Assembly: GCF_000315625.1 (NCBI RefSeq)
Contig: NW_005434642.1
Location: 95,615-159,614 of the forward strand
Direction of reading: 5' to 3'
Length of the DNA: 64,000 nucleotides
Source: Guillardia theta CCMP2712
Taxonomy: Eukaryota; Protista; Cryptophyta
Shown here: in pieces, positions 25,592 through 37,607 of the stretch
How the letters are laid out: each line of letters starts with the position of its first letter
Position numbering within the stretch: position 1 is the first letter of the stretch
Position numbers and translations under genes: made by a program
The notes under the pieces: generated by a model
What the model was told of the DNA's origin: nothing
The model's database searches: none
The model's input: the letters and a program-made list of their open reading frames with translations, nothing else

Positions 25592-25806
25592 ACGACTGTC
25601 ACGAGGACGTTGGCATGGCAAGACCTCAGGAACCCAGCACAAGACGAGGACGAGGACAAGGATAAGAGTAAGAGCAGGAAGGATAAGAGCAATGAGAGCA
25701 GGGATAACGGTAAGAGCAAGGATCAGGACAAGAGTAAGAGCAAGGATAAGGACAAGAACGAAGTAAGAAACTAAGTCACCGTATCCTTTAGACCAGTGCA
25801 CAAATA
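25592..25806 (+). repeat. Right copy of the direct repeat, expanded by an internal GATAAG/AGCAAG-type array
   Basis: Identical 26-mer at 25635-25660, then tandem gataagagtaagagcag-like units. Confidence 0.85.
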
Positions 25807-26012
25807 GTTGTAGGGAAGAGGAAGTAATAAGGAAGAAATGAACACAGAGAAGGTATGTAAGAAAGATGGGTGATAAAATGTAGACAAAAATGTTTTTGTT
25901 TCAGGAATCGAAGGACATGCCAGAAAACATGAATCATTTAGCTGTTAAGAAGGCAAATTGGAGGGTGCAAGTTGTCATGTACTGACAGTCGAGCAGAACG
26001 CCCCCCGCTCAC

Positions 26013-29000
26013 ATGGGGCGCACGAAAAGCTTTGTGGCATCGCTCCCGAGCTTCCTTGTTCGGAAGAAGGCGCCGGCTGCAAGGCGATATTCACTGATAG
26101 AGCCTACGCTTGATCCACAGCTTCCTGTGTCCGGCCGCAGCCTTCACTGCTTCATCTATCGGCTGGACCCCCCTGGTGTGGTACAAGAGAAGGAGTCGCA
26201 GGTTGATCAGCCCAGGAGCGACGAGTTTTCAGCGCTGCTGCATCAGGCCATACACAACAGCCTCTCCTCACAATCACACAAGGTTTGGAAGATCTACCCC
26301 GGCAAGACTTACCTGGATGTTGACTGCATGCCTCTGCTCCTCCTGGAAGAAACTAGAACCTCAAAGGCCAAGTACTTATGCAACTGCTCCATCTTCGTGC
26401 CTCTCATCTCCTGGGGAAGTGCCCACAGTGTACTCGACGATCTTGCATGCATCCACTTCGACGGAGCAATCGATCAGGAAAGCCACTTCCTGGTTCACGC
26501 ATTATGCGCCATTTACCTGCTTCAGAAGAAGGCAGGAAGGCTACAAACTATCATGCCAATCACGCGGGACGAGTCAAGGGGGAAGGTCAGCATGGCAGAA
26601 GCCTGCCGACGGCTCAGCACAAAGCCATCGATACCAAGCTGCAAGCGAGCCTGCGTGCTGCTGCAGGAAGGAGGCGTCGAGATGGGGCAGGGAGTGATTC
26701 TCAGTTTTCTTCTGGGCATCTCCGTACGTGATGCAGTGATGATGCTTATGCCGTCGAACTGGAGAGAAGAAGCTCTACCGGACTGGGAGCCGGCAGGAGG
26801 TCTGACAACCAAGAATTCGTACAGCCTGTACAATGTGAAAATCGAAGGGAACGATAAAGTCAGTGCAAGCGAGGCTGCAGAGATGATCGTAGACTGTCTG
26901 GTGAAGGTGCTCAAGGAACATGTAGAGAAAAAGCTGTGGGAGTTTACAAACCACAACCCACGTGGAATTGAGCTGCTGAAACTGCTACGAGAGTCAGGGA
27001 TATATGACAAATTCGACAAGTACTTTGCGCTGCGAGGAATCGAGTCCCTCCATCAAGTGCCGAGCTTCACTCGCGGCTCTCCGTCCAATGGAAGCAAGAG
27101 GGAGCAAGTGGTCCACCGGCCATGCAGTGACATCACAGCTTACAACGCGTCAGACGAAGGGTCGATCCGAGCGCTGGAAAGGCTCGTGGAGGACCACCGG
27201 GACGATGAGCGCTTCCTCCCCTTGCAGGAGCGTCTCAACCGCTACCGTGACTCAGAGGTTGATGGCATCCTGGCCCTCCGCACCACCAACTCAATCGAGA
27301 CAGCCATGGTGAAGCTGCCGGCGCGATGCTGCGTCCTCTGGCTGAGTATGGTGTACCTTGTCTTCGGGATCAACCAGCTCGGCCCTCTCTTCACCGAGCA
27401 GATCTGGTTGCCAGAGAAGAACTCTACCACTCCAGTGCAGCCCAAGACAGTGAGAATCGCCAAGGTTGCAGCGCCAGTTATCAGCTTCTACTGGTCTTTC
27501 TTGTTCGTTGCAGGCGTCATCGTCGGGCAGGTCAGCACGCCGCTACGAGCCAAGTGGCTGATGCTGTTCGCGGGCCATCTAGTCATTGCCGGCAACGTCT
27601 TCAGCTTCATCGTAGATAGCATTCAGTGCTCGGTGGAGGGGACAGGGATCGGACCTAACTGCAATGCTTACACGCTCATCCCTTCCATTGCGGTGATGTC
27701 GTTTGTGATGTACCTTGCTCATAGAGTTCAGCACTACTTCTGGATGGCTGCCTTCTTCCTCCAGGGCCTCTACTGCTTTTACTGCATTTACGCTTTCCCT
27801 GCTGACAGCGTGGACTTGAAGATCGGGCTCGGAATGTGTCTGTTCCTGGCCATTGGCTGCTGCTTCATCGCCATCGCCATCATCGTCCAGTACCGCCGCT
27901 CCTATAGACAAACATTGAGGGAACTGCAGACGGTCATGCAAGGCTTTGACGACACCTGGCAGAAGATAGAGGAGGAGAACAAGCAGAGCATCGCGGCAGT
28001 GAGCGTTCAAGCACGCGAGATCGCGCAAGAGCTGCAGGCAGTGGTGAAGGAAGACTTCAAGACGTGGGGGAGGTGGCTCTCAGCGATGGCGGGATGGCGA
28101 AGGGCGAGGTACTCGACAACGGACTCAAAGATCCGGCAGGAGAGCAGAGACATCGAGAAGCTGTTCCAGGAGGCGCAGGAGATCAGCGCTGCCTTCCAGC
28201 TGTGGGTGTCAGCTTGGAACCAGGTCGGCAGAGTACAGCATGGGAACGTGAAATCTTGTGCGCGAGCGATACAGAAGACCGTGAGATCGTACGGGCGAGA
28301 CCCTTCCTGCTTGACGGACCTGGTCCGATGCACTATCCTAGTGCAGTCGATGGAGGAGGTGCAGGAGTGGCTGAGCTGCTTCCGCCGCATCTCGGTGGTC
28401 GGTTATGGGGTGAGCGCGAGGGACAGGAGAAGAGCAAGCGACGTAGCCCCTGAGGACGTGGAGGTACGCGAAGAGAGGAGGAGCGGAACGTGGAGATGAA
28501 AGTGAACTGCAGATGGGAGGGCGGGAGATCTTCATGAGCGTCACGAGCATCAAGAACCGGTGAAAGCAGGCGAGGGATTGGAATATGCCTGAAGCTCCGA
28601 TTTCCAGCTATGATCCCCGATACGATGCCAGATTGAGCGGAGGTTACCGAGATATGTGCATCTGCGTAGAGGAAAGAGATGAGCGAGGTGGGTGGGAGAG
28701 CTGACGAGTAGACTGGCAGGTGGGATGGACGATAGACGAAGCGAGTCAAACTTGCATGTTTGTGCCTGTGAGGGAGTGGGGAAAGATGGAAGTTCGGAAA
28801 CACATCTGCGAAATCCAGGTGAAAGACGCTGTCAGCAGCAGGAGTGGAGGCGGGAAGAGAAACGAGCGGTGCAGGGCAAGTGCGAGCCCTGCATGGAGGA
28901 GTGGAAGAGACGAGGGGAGAGGCGAGAGAATGAAGCGACAGGACAAGAAGGGGACTGAGAAAACATATCAGTAGAGGCGAAGCGGGGAAATGGTGGGGAG

Positions 29001-29206
29001 GGTACGGACGAAGATACGAGGAGAGCTATGCCAGAGCTGGAGGGGGAGAGGGAGTGTACAGGAAGAGAGGGGAAAGGAGGGAGTGCATAAGTGGAGACGG
29101 AGGGAGAGCTCTGAGATTGCTTCAGGTGTTGCTAGAAGTGATGCAAGGAGTGAAGAAGGTGTTGCACAAGGAGTACGTGAACTTCCGCAACATCATGTGC
29201 CAGTGA
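26013..29206 (+). CDS. Membrane protein: TIR-like + SAM-like + 6 TM + RelA/SpoT-like nucleotidyltransferase domain
   Basis: Exon 1 of about 2.45 kb plus four short exons. N-terminus CFIYR...TYLDVDCM...CSIFVPLIS...TIMPI; six hydrophobic helices; C-terminus VKSCARAIQK, TDLVRCTI, IKNRY, GGYRD, HICEIQ, HKEYVNFRN. Confidence 0.75.
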
Positions 29207-29389
29207 AGAAGTTTGTTGTGAATATCTAAAGACGCCAAGAGGCTCTCAAGAGACTGACATGAAGCAGAGGAGGACAAGTAAGCTTGAGTCTTCCCTCAGC
29301 TTTGCACACCACAAGCACGCGATAGCCGCAGTGCTCCTGCCACCCTCACGTGAACTTCACCCCCACATGTCTGTGTGTGCTGACAGGTC

Positions 29390-30503
29390 TTCACTTTGCA
29401 TGGCATGTCACTGAATCCTCCGATGCCAAGAAGAAATTGGGAACCAACAAGCTCGTTAAATGTTGTAGATGATACGAGAATTGAAACATCGAATGTTCAA
29501 AAGATTTTCGAGCCCCATGTTGTCACCAACCGAATTCATCTTCTCTCACTTTGCGAAACTTCAAGTTCTGCCACTCGCCGGCGCAAAAACGACAGCTCTT
29601 CTTGGAGCGAATCGTTTGTGGACATGCTTGTATCACCGTAATTGGTCACCCGCGTCTCATCCCGAGTCGAAGTCGATATGTATGATTGAGAGAGCTCAGA
29701 AAGGCTGGCTTTTGCAAACTGCTTTTGTATCTGTCTTGTGGTCATGCAGAGTACAAGGACAGACAGCACAGTACCTGGACGCTACGTTGTTGCTTAATCA
29801 TAGTGCTCCGTAGACGGCGCGCGACGCCCTGCTGTTCGTTGCTTTCATTCTTGAAGGAAGACATATATCGCTCCTTGTTTTTGAGCATATTCCTCGTATT
29901 GAATAGCAGAACCTGACGCGAGCACTAAGTCTGCAGTACAAACCCAAGCTCTTGATACCTGCATGTCCACCACAGCTGCCCCTGAGATCTCTTTCTCAAA
30001 CTCGATCCCATTTTGAACAACAGCAGCGATGTCGTCGATTGCTTTCTTCATCTTTGTCGCCAGGGTAGTCTCATTCTTCAGCGCGGCGATGTAGTCATCC
30101 ACGTTCTCCTGCAGCTCCTTCACTACCTCCTGGGGCGGTACCGTTCTATTGGCACGGAAGTCCTCCCCAGAAGTCCCCGCAGGCCTTGTATCAGTCAGTG
30201 TTGGCTCCACAATCACCTTGAAGGAAAGAGGGATCCTCTCCTCTCCCAGTCTCGACGTGCTGTTCATGCCCCCCAAATGTCTCAATGGCAGGGAGTTATC
30301 AAGGGTCAGGGGCAGATATCGCCTGAACCGAGGAAAAGTGGACGATAAAGATCTTCTTCCTTCTCTTTCGGCTCTTAGTCCCTCCTCCTCCTCCTCCTCC
30401 TCCTCCTCCTCCTCCTCCTCCTCCTCCTCCTCTTTCAGTTACTCCTAGTCTTCTCGCTCTGCCTCGAGTTCCTGCGACCCCTTCCTTGCTCGTCAGCGCC
30501 CAT
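29390..30503 (-). CDS. Hypothetical coiled-coil protein; ends approximate
   Basis: Spliced exons including VVKELQENVDDYIAALKNE and DSLQEELSFLRRRVAELE; putative start MGADEQGRG. Confidence 0.45.
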
Positions 30504-31004
30504 TGGCCATAACCATCCTTCAACGGGCCAACGTCTAGAGCATAACTGTAATGTAACGGCTATATCATCGCGCTCCGAGTCCGGTCAGTCCTGCCCCCCC
30601 GACGGGGCGCCGAATTTTTTTTGGGTACTGGAAAGCTGACTGGAAAGGGTTTTAAAAAACGCGGCCGCCCTCAGATCGAGTGGTACTCTGAGGACTTGTA
30701 GCAAGAAGTACTATAATTTTAGTTAACTATTGTTTCTGTACTGTGTGAAACCGACTTCCTAGGGATTCTATAAATAGTTTTAAAATAGTACTAGTTTTAA
30801 AACTGGGTCGCACCGTGGCGGAGCAGATCATTGGGGGGTAAGGGGTGGGCCTGGAAAAGGACAAAGTAGGGTAGGGTATAAAGTGGGGTGGGGTGGTTTG
30901 CCAGACCTGATAAGGGGTAGAAGGTACTATCTAGGCTACTCACCAGGGGTGGGGATCGTAAAGATACAGTGAGGGAAAGCAGGGGGTTGTTACTCGTTGG
31001 CAGC

Positions 31005-33881
31005 ATGTTGGGCGCATGGCGGGAAGGAGGACGACGGTGGATGAGCATGAAGGGGTTAATGCAGGTTAGCAGGGATCTCTCGTTGCTTCTTAGTGCTTAG
31101 AATCCTGATCACATGCAGCGTCATGTCTTGATTGTTTATGACCTTGATCCTGATGTCCACGTTCCCCTCCTCTTCGATGTTTTACATGCTGTACGTATGT
31201 TTCGATTGTCGCCAACAGATCCTCTACCTTTTTATGAACACGAAGGATGAACGATGTTTGGAATATCAATGATATGCAAGACCTTGGATGCGAAGAATCC
31301 CTTCTTCATGTTCTCCCCCGCTTGCTCTTGTTGATCGCAACACAGCATCGCCCCCTTCTCATATCGGACCTGTTCGATTATGCTGTCAAGGTACACCCTT
31401 CATCACATTCCACTCAGAGCTGATTCTTCGAAACCTGAACAGATTCATCATTCACAAGAGATCGTATCAAGAACGATCGAAGATCCTCACAAGTTCCACC
31501 GGTAGTGCGTGCCTCTTTGTTCCACTCAGTGTAAGCATTCGCCAAGGTACACGTATTCGGACTGGGGGAAGAGGACGAAGAGGATGGCAAACAGCTTGAA
31601 GGAGCTGGGTGTTACTTCAGGAGACCGAGTTGCTACTATCGCCTGGAACGGATACCGGCACTTTGAGCTCTACTACGCCATTTCGGGGGGAGGAGCAATC
31701 CTACACACCATCAACCCCCGCCTGAGTGCAGAGCAGATGTCTTTTATCATCAACCATGCTGAAGACAAGGTTCGCATTCGATTGATCCGACTCCGCATGT
31801 CATTCATGAAGGCTTCTAGGTCATATTTGTGGACCTTACCTTCTTCAAAGCCCTTCAGGCTATTTTGCCGAAGCTTTCTACAGTGAAGGCCATTGTGGTC
31901 ATGAGTGACAAAAAGCAGTAAGAAAGTGGAGGATCCCCACATCACATCTATGACAATATCTTTGTTTAGCATGCCAGATGTTTCCCAGCCAAACATTCTG
32001 TGCTACGAGGATCTTATTTCATCCGGGAAAGAAGCATTTAACTGGGCAAAGATGGATGAGAACGATGCGTGTTCGTTGTGCTACACTTCTGGAACTACTG
32101 GTGTAATTGTATTCAAAGATAATGCATTCTCAAGGACATGACAGGTGACCCTAAAGGCGTTCTCTACTCTCACCGATCGACAGTGTTGCATGCTTGGACT
32201 ATCTGCAGTACGAATTCGTTTGGCTTGGTATTTTTTTTTGAATGTAGTCTTCCGACGGCATATATGGAGCATCTCATCCAATTATGTTGATCCTTGTATT
32301 GACATATACTGATGTTGTGAGTATCAGGGTTCAAATGATACCTGCTTGCCGATTGTGCCAATGTTCCACGTGAACGCGTGGGGTGTGCCATATAGTGCAT
32401 GCATTGCAGGCTGCAAACTAGTCCTCCCCGGATCTGGTGATAGTTCTTCAGCTGAATCGATTTCCCTCTCACCCATTCTTCGACCTTTTCGTTTCCTGTT
32501 CTCTATCCTCCCCTCACGTCGAGGGACATGACTTGACTTTCACAGCTATGGACGGCAAGAGCATAGCAGAACTTCTTTGTGCAGAGAGAGTATCATGCAC
32601 TGCTGGGGTTCCCACGGGTGAATTCATTTCTGACCCCTCAGAGATGCTAACCTTCTCTGTTGTTATCAGTATGGAGCATGCTCTTTAACTACCTGGAGTC
32701 AACTGGAACCAGAGTCCCAGACCTCAAGCGTGTGCTCGTTGGTGGTGCTGCTTGTCCTCCGTCCATGATCGCGACATGGGAAAAGAAGTTCAAGGCAAGG
32801 CCTCGTGTTTCTGTCGATTGAAAGTTTCTTACATGTCGCTGTCAGGTTCGATGCCAACATGCATGGGGCATGACAGAATTGAGTCCGACTGGAGTGATCA
32901 ATGACCTCCCAAAGCTCGACGACAATGAGTATCCAATCTCCCAAACATCGGACAAGGTTAGAAGCGTTGTGAAGTTCTTGAGCACTGATCGTCAACTCAT
33001 AGGCACGTCAAGGCCGAGAAATGTATGGCATAGAACTCGCATGCTTTGACGATGATGGCAATATTGTACGATCGAATCCTTCAAATGCACAATGTGATGA
33101 TCCATTTCCAGCTGCCGCGAGATGGCAAGACAGCAGGACGGCTGAAAATACGAGGGAATTGGGTTTTGGAATCTTATTACAAGTCGGACAAGGTAAACCT
33201 TCAAGTCACCTATGCATGGGATGCAAAATGACCTGCAACTCGTAGCCAGCGGTCGATGAGGACGGATGGTTCGACAGCGGAGATGTTGCGACCATCTCTG
33301 AAGACGGCTACATGCAAATCACGGATCGCAACAAGGACCTGATCAAGTGAGTAGGGAGATGTCCGCACCCATCGGAGACCAACAAGTCTGATGTTTGATT
33401 CTCAGGTCTGGTGGAGAGTGGATTAGTTCTATCGAGCTTGAGCACGTGGCATTGGAGCATCCCAGCATCTCGCAGGCATGTCTCCTACATGCAAGTCAGC
33501 CCATGACTTGCTCCTGTCGCAGGCAGCAGCCATCGCTGTCACTCATCCAGTCTGGGGAGAGCGTCCTCTGATCGTTGCTGTGGCTAAAGAGAACTGCAAG
33601 GTAGAGGATGACAGTCGTGCTCAGGCTGTTGCTCCTCTGACGTTTCTCAGGTCGACAAACAGGAAGTTTTCAAGTTGTTCGAGTCTCTTCCCAAGTGGTC
33701 AAGACCCGACGACGTGGTACTGCCACTTGCTCTGCTGCTCCTCTTTCCTCCTTGGTTGGCTGATGTCGATCAGGCGTTTGTGGATCATCTTCCTGTGGGG
33801 GGGACCGGCAAGGTCCTCAAGGTCAAGCTACGCGAGATGTTCGATGATCACTACGCTAAGCTGCACAATGCCACGAAATGA
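31005..33881 (+). CDS. AMP-forming acyl-CoA ligase, bacterial AlkK/DmdB-like, with a short N-terminal presequence
   Basis: Spliced [14 protein letters not shown]...[112 protein letters not shown]. Confidence 0.92.
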
Positions 33882-35497
33882 TGATCAATGCCATGCACAA
33901 GATGCGCGGTGAGATTCGACAGGGCCCCAGTCGACTGAATAATGACGATCGATCTCTCACAATGAAAATCACGAGATTGAGGAATACATGAATAGTAAAC
34001 AATGACAGAAAGTTGTCTACTTTGTTGACATAATCAGGACATCTCGGGTACTGTGTGTTCCATCTGGACTTTGTCACAGTCCGTCATTTAACTTCTTGAT
34101 CTCAACATGGTACTCTTAGCATCTGCAAACGATGCATGCTTCTGATCGCCCAGGCCTGTACGACACTTTGTGATTCTTCTCAACACTTCTCATTTCACTC
34201 TCACCACTTAGCAGTTGCCTGGGCCGGCACCTCACCCTCGAGGACGGGCAGGAAGGTCTCCAACTCCTCTGATGTTCGGTCCTCGCCGCCCGACTGCAAT
34301 CACATCAAAAGAAGCCAATCATGTCTATGTGAGGAGTACCTGTATGCCCCCCCCCTCCCCCTCCCCCTCCCCCTCCTCCCATCCCTGGCATCCCGCCCCA
34401 CATTGAAGGCAATTGAGGCATCTTTGAAGGAGGAGATAGGATCAAATTCCCCACCCCGTAGAAACTCGCTAGAGCAAGAGATCCTGCCAGACGATCACAG
34501 ACTGTTACTTCTCCCATGCAGTGGCAAACCCCGTATGCCTCCCAGAAGAAAGCCAACGATGAAGAGAGCGATCAGAGTCGACAAGCCCGAGGCCGAGGTC
34601 GGCATGCAGTTTGCATGCTGACCTATACCTGTAGTCATGACTTAGAGTTGTAGCGCCGTCAGATGGCCCTCTCGTCCCCTATTACCACTAGACGATGGCG
34701 TCGGATTAGCTGGTGCACGGTCGTCCACGACCTCTCCATTGACGATTCGAACCATCTGGCTCCAATGAGTTGGAGGAGTTTGCCAGCAAAGTTCTCTTCT
34801 GCCTCCTAGAAATGACATCAGCTTCCTTCAACACCGACTCGTTGTTCATGGTGACTGCCCACACACAACTACCTTTGCTTCCCTAGATCTCCTGTCGTCT
34901 ATTATCTCCCATGACCTGGGGCTCTCAAGGTGAAGACTTTTCATACCTATCGTCATATCATCGACATATTCCGCTGTCTACTCCGTATCCTCTCCTCTCC
35001 TTTCCTTCTAAAGTCTCCTTTCCCTGTCCCTTCCTCTTCTCCTTTCCTGTTCTCCATTTTGCTCTGTTCTGCACTTTGCTTGAATTGAGCCCTCATCCCA
35101 CCTCATTCTAGTTTGACCACATCCCCACTCATACCACATGGATCAATTGTGTGCCCTCATCACCACACATGCCACGACCTTGACATTCAAAATGATCTGA
35201 AAATATTTTCAGTCCAGACCAATTCTCTAATCAGTGACCACCCCTTGAAATGGGGTATTTTTACATTCAAAGTTGGGGGTAGGATCAAAGTGGGGGTCGG
35301 GCAGACACATCTTGAGAAATTCGAACATCCCCGCGCTGTTGGATACCGACAATTTGGTACCCACCCACCCCAGGTAGAAATTGGAGCACAAAATACCCCC
35401 TACCCCCTTGTTGATATGAAATACAACGGGTGTTGAGTTGAAATACACCTGCACGATCTACCCTACCCCTGGTTTCCCGCCCCTCCCGGGGAAAGGC

Positions 35498-35505
35498 TAT
35501 ATAGA
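35498..35505 (+). promoter_or_regulatory. TATA box of the H2A gene
   Basis: TATATAGA about 40 nt upstream of ATG 35543. Confidence 0.6.
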
Positions 35506-35542
35506 AAGAGGGGGGGGACATGGCTCCCCATCAACACACGCA

Positions 35543-35947
35543 ATGTCCGGCAAGGCTGGCAAGGGAGCTGCAGGAAGAGGAAAGAGCAAGGGAGGCAAGT
35601 CCGTTTCCCGCTCCAAGAAGGCTGGACTTCAGTTCCCCGTTGGACGTGTCCACCGCTACTTGAAGAACGGCAAGTACGCCACCAGGGTTGGAGCTGGTGC
35701 CCCCGTGTACCTCGCCGCTGTCCTTGAGTACCTCTCCGCTGAGGTTCTTGAGTTGGCTGGCAACGCTGCTCGTGACAACAAGAAGTCCCGTATCATCCCC
35801 CGTCACATCCAGTTGGCCGTCCGCAACGACGAGGAGTTGAACAAGCTTCTCGGAGGAGTCACCATCGCTGCTGGTGGAGTTCTCCCCAACATCCACTCTG
35901 TTCTCTTGCCCAAGAAGAGCAAGAGCAGCGAGAAGAAGGCCGAGTAA
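35543..35947 (+). CDS. H2A: Histone H2A, canonical, intronless
   Basis: [20 protein letters not shown]...[15 protein letters not shown]...[21 protein letters not shown]; no C-terminal SQ motif. Confidence 0.98.
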   Translation: MSGKAGKGAAGRGKSKGGKSVSRSKKAGLQFPVGRVHRYLKNGKYATRVGAGAPVYLAAVLEYLSAEVLELAGNAARDNKKSRIIPRHIQLAVRNDEELNKLLGGVTIAAGGVLPNIHSVLLPKKSKSSEKKAE

Positions 35948-35972
35948 ATGGTTGACACCTGAGTCACGTACT

Positions 35973-35988
35973 GGTGTTTTTCAACACC
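35973..35988 (+). other. Histone 3' UTR stem-loop
   Basis: GGTGTT-TTTC-AACACC: 6-bp stem and 4-nt loop, 25 nt after the H2A stop. Confidence 0.85.
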
Positions 35989-36962
35989 AAGGGCTATGCA
36001 GTTGGTGCAATGAGATGGTTCGACTCCATCTAGCCTTGTTTTCTGAGTTTGTCCTGCAATATACATACAAGTGCCTTTTGCTCGATTTTCTATCTTCATC
36101 TTGGTCCAGATTTCAGGGACCAACTGTGCTCTGTAGCCCGATTTATGATGTGCCGAGGAAGGAAATATCTGGAAGTCTCTCATATCCAGCATGGTCTTAC
36201 TTTTTAATCGATAGTTGATCTTGTAGATCTGATTGTGGCTTAACGGCCGGATGGAAGAAAGGCCAAGTTGAATCAAAAATCAATCCTTATCTGGTGTTTC
36301 CAGGGAAACGAAGTCGACCATGTGAACTAGGTTCACTGGCAGGCAGCATGTCAGGAGGGTTGCCAGTCGGAGAGACAGGGAAGAAGAATAAGATTGAAGG
36401 GCGGATAGGTCTGTGTGCAATCATGATGCGAGGACGAAACGCTGGTGAGCATGATAGACGCGAACACAGCATTTGACCGTCCGGCGCTTTGTCAGGAGGT
36501 CCTTCCCCAAATCGAATCCTGAACACAGTTGGCAACCAGGCAGCCGTGCGATCCGATCAACATATCTCACTGTCTGGCTGAACTGTCACGGTGCCATCAA
36601 GTGTTTGGCCTGCACGCCGGACTTGTCTTGGAGGAGTCTGGCTGTAAGTGAGCTTAGTGCTACACCCGGCCTACAGCCTCGGACTCTCTCGGAGGCTCAG
36701 AGTGCGGCTTGTCTTGGCTCAGGCAGCTTTGCCGATCCACCAAAAGATGACATCCGTGATGGTGGCATGAGGATCAGTATCTCCGGGACATGCGCTACAC
36801 GCCATTTCAAGTCATCAACCCGGCCGGAATGCATTCATCTGAGTGTATTATTCACTTGTCAGCGTCTTTGTGTGGAGCAACTGCTAGTCCAACGGTCGGG
36901 CCCTGGTCTACGCTTCCTGCCGCACCAACGACCGTACGTTCCGATCCGGCTATCGTCACGGT

Positions 36963-37607
36963 TTACCCGATGATGCGAAGAAGCTCGACCTGCCGTCCCA
37001 GTCATCATCGTCAGCAGCGAGCTGAGGCAAAGGCTCTTGCCGACCTCGAAGATGAGATCCGCATTCGGGGGAATAACGCCTCCTGCTCCTTGGCTTCCAT
37101 AGCCTGCATCCACAGTCAACCTAAAGTTTCGTTCCCTTCGGCTAGATTGCTAAATTTTTCTACCGTAGTCAGAGGAGATGATGAGCTTTGCTTTCTCTCC
37201 TGGAGGAACACATCGTCAACTCTCGACTTTGATGAAAATTTTTGCGGCTACCAACGCTCATCTTCATGACACCTTCATCCCAGCCACGGATGACCTGTGC
37301 AAAGTTAGGTCTCAGGTACGTTGACGATGATCAGTTTCACTTGTCCAACTCCAATGACAAATTGGAAGGGTTTGTTGCGTTTGAAAGATGAGTCAAACTC
37401 TTCACTGAGGAGTTTGTTAACTATCCTTCGCCCTTAAAGGCGAAAATTTACCCGTTGGAAGCCAACTTTCCAGTGTAGTGCATTTCCAGCCTCTGTCCCT
37501 GTAAAGTAAAGGAAGTTATGGTCTTAGAATGGAGAGCAATACTTACTGACCTTCTTTGGGAAGTTTTTTCCATCGCCAGGAGTGATAGTTTGGACTTCAA
37601 CTCCCAT
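36963..37607 (-). CDS. FKBP12: FKBP12-type peptidyl-prolyl isomerase
   Basis: Spliced [31 protein letters not shown]...FDSS...VIRGWDEG...YGYGSQGAGGVIPPNADLIFEVELLRI. Confidence 0.95.

Noticed and set aside
23280-25806. Direct repeats as retrotransposon LTRs (TGTCACG start)
   Set aside because: Homology extends 5' of the TG in both copies; there is no PBS, PPT or gag/pol, and the interior is a DDE transposase.
33850-33881. AKL as a peroxisomal PTS1 in the CoA ligase
   Set aside because: AKL is followed by HNATK before the stop, so it is not terminal.
34136-34900. ORFs upstream of H2A as an H2B partner or other gene
   Set aside because: No histone-fold sequence or other recognisable motif.
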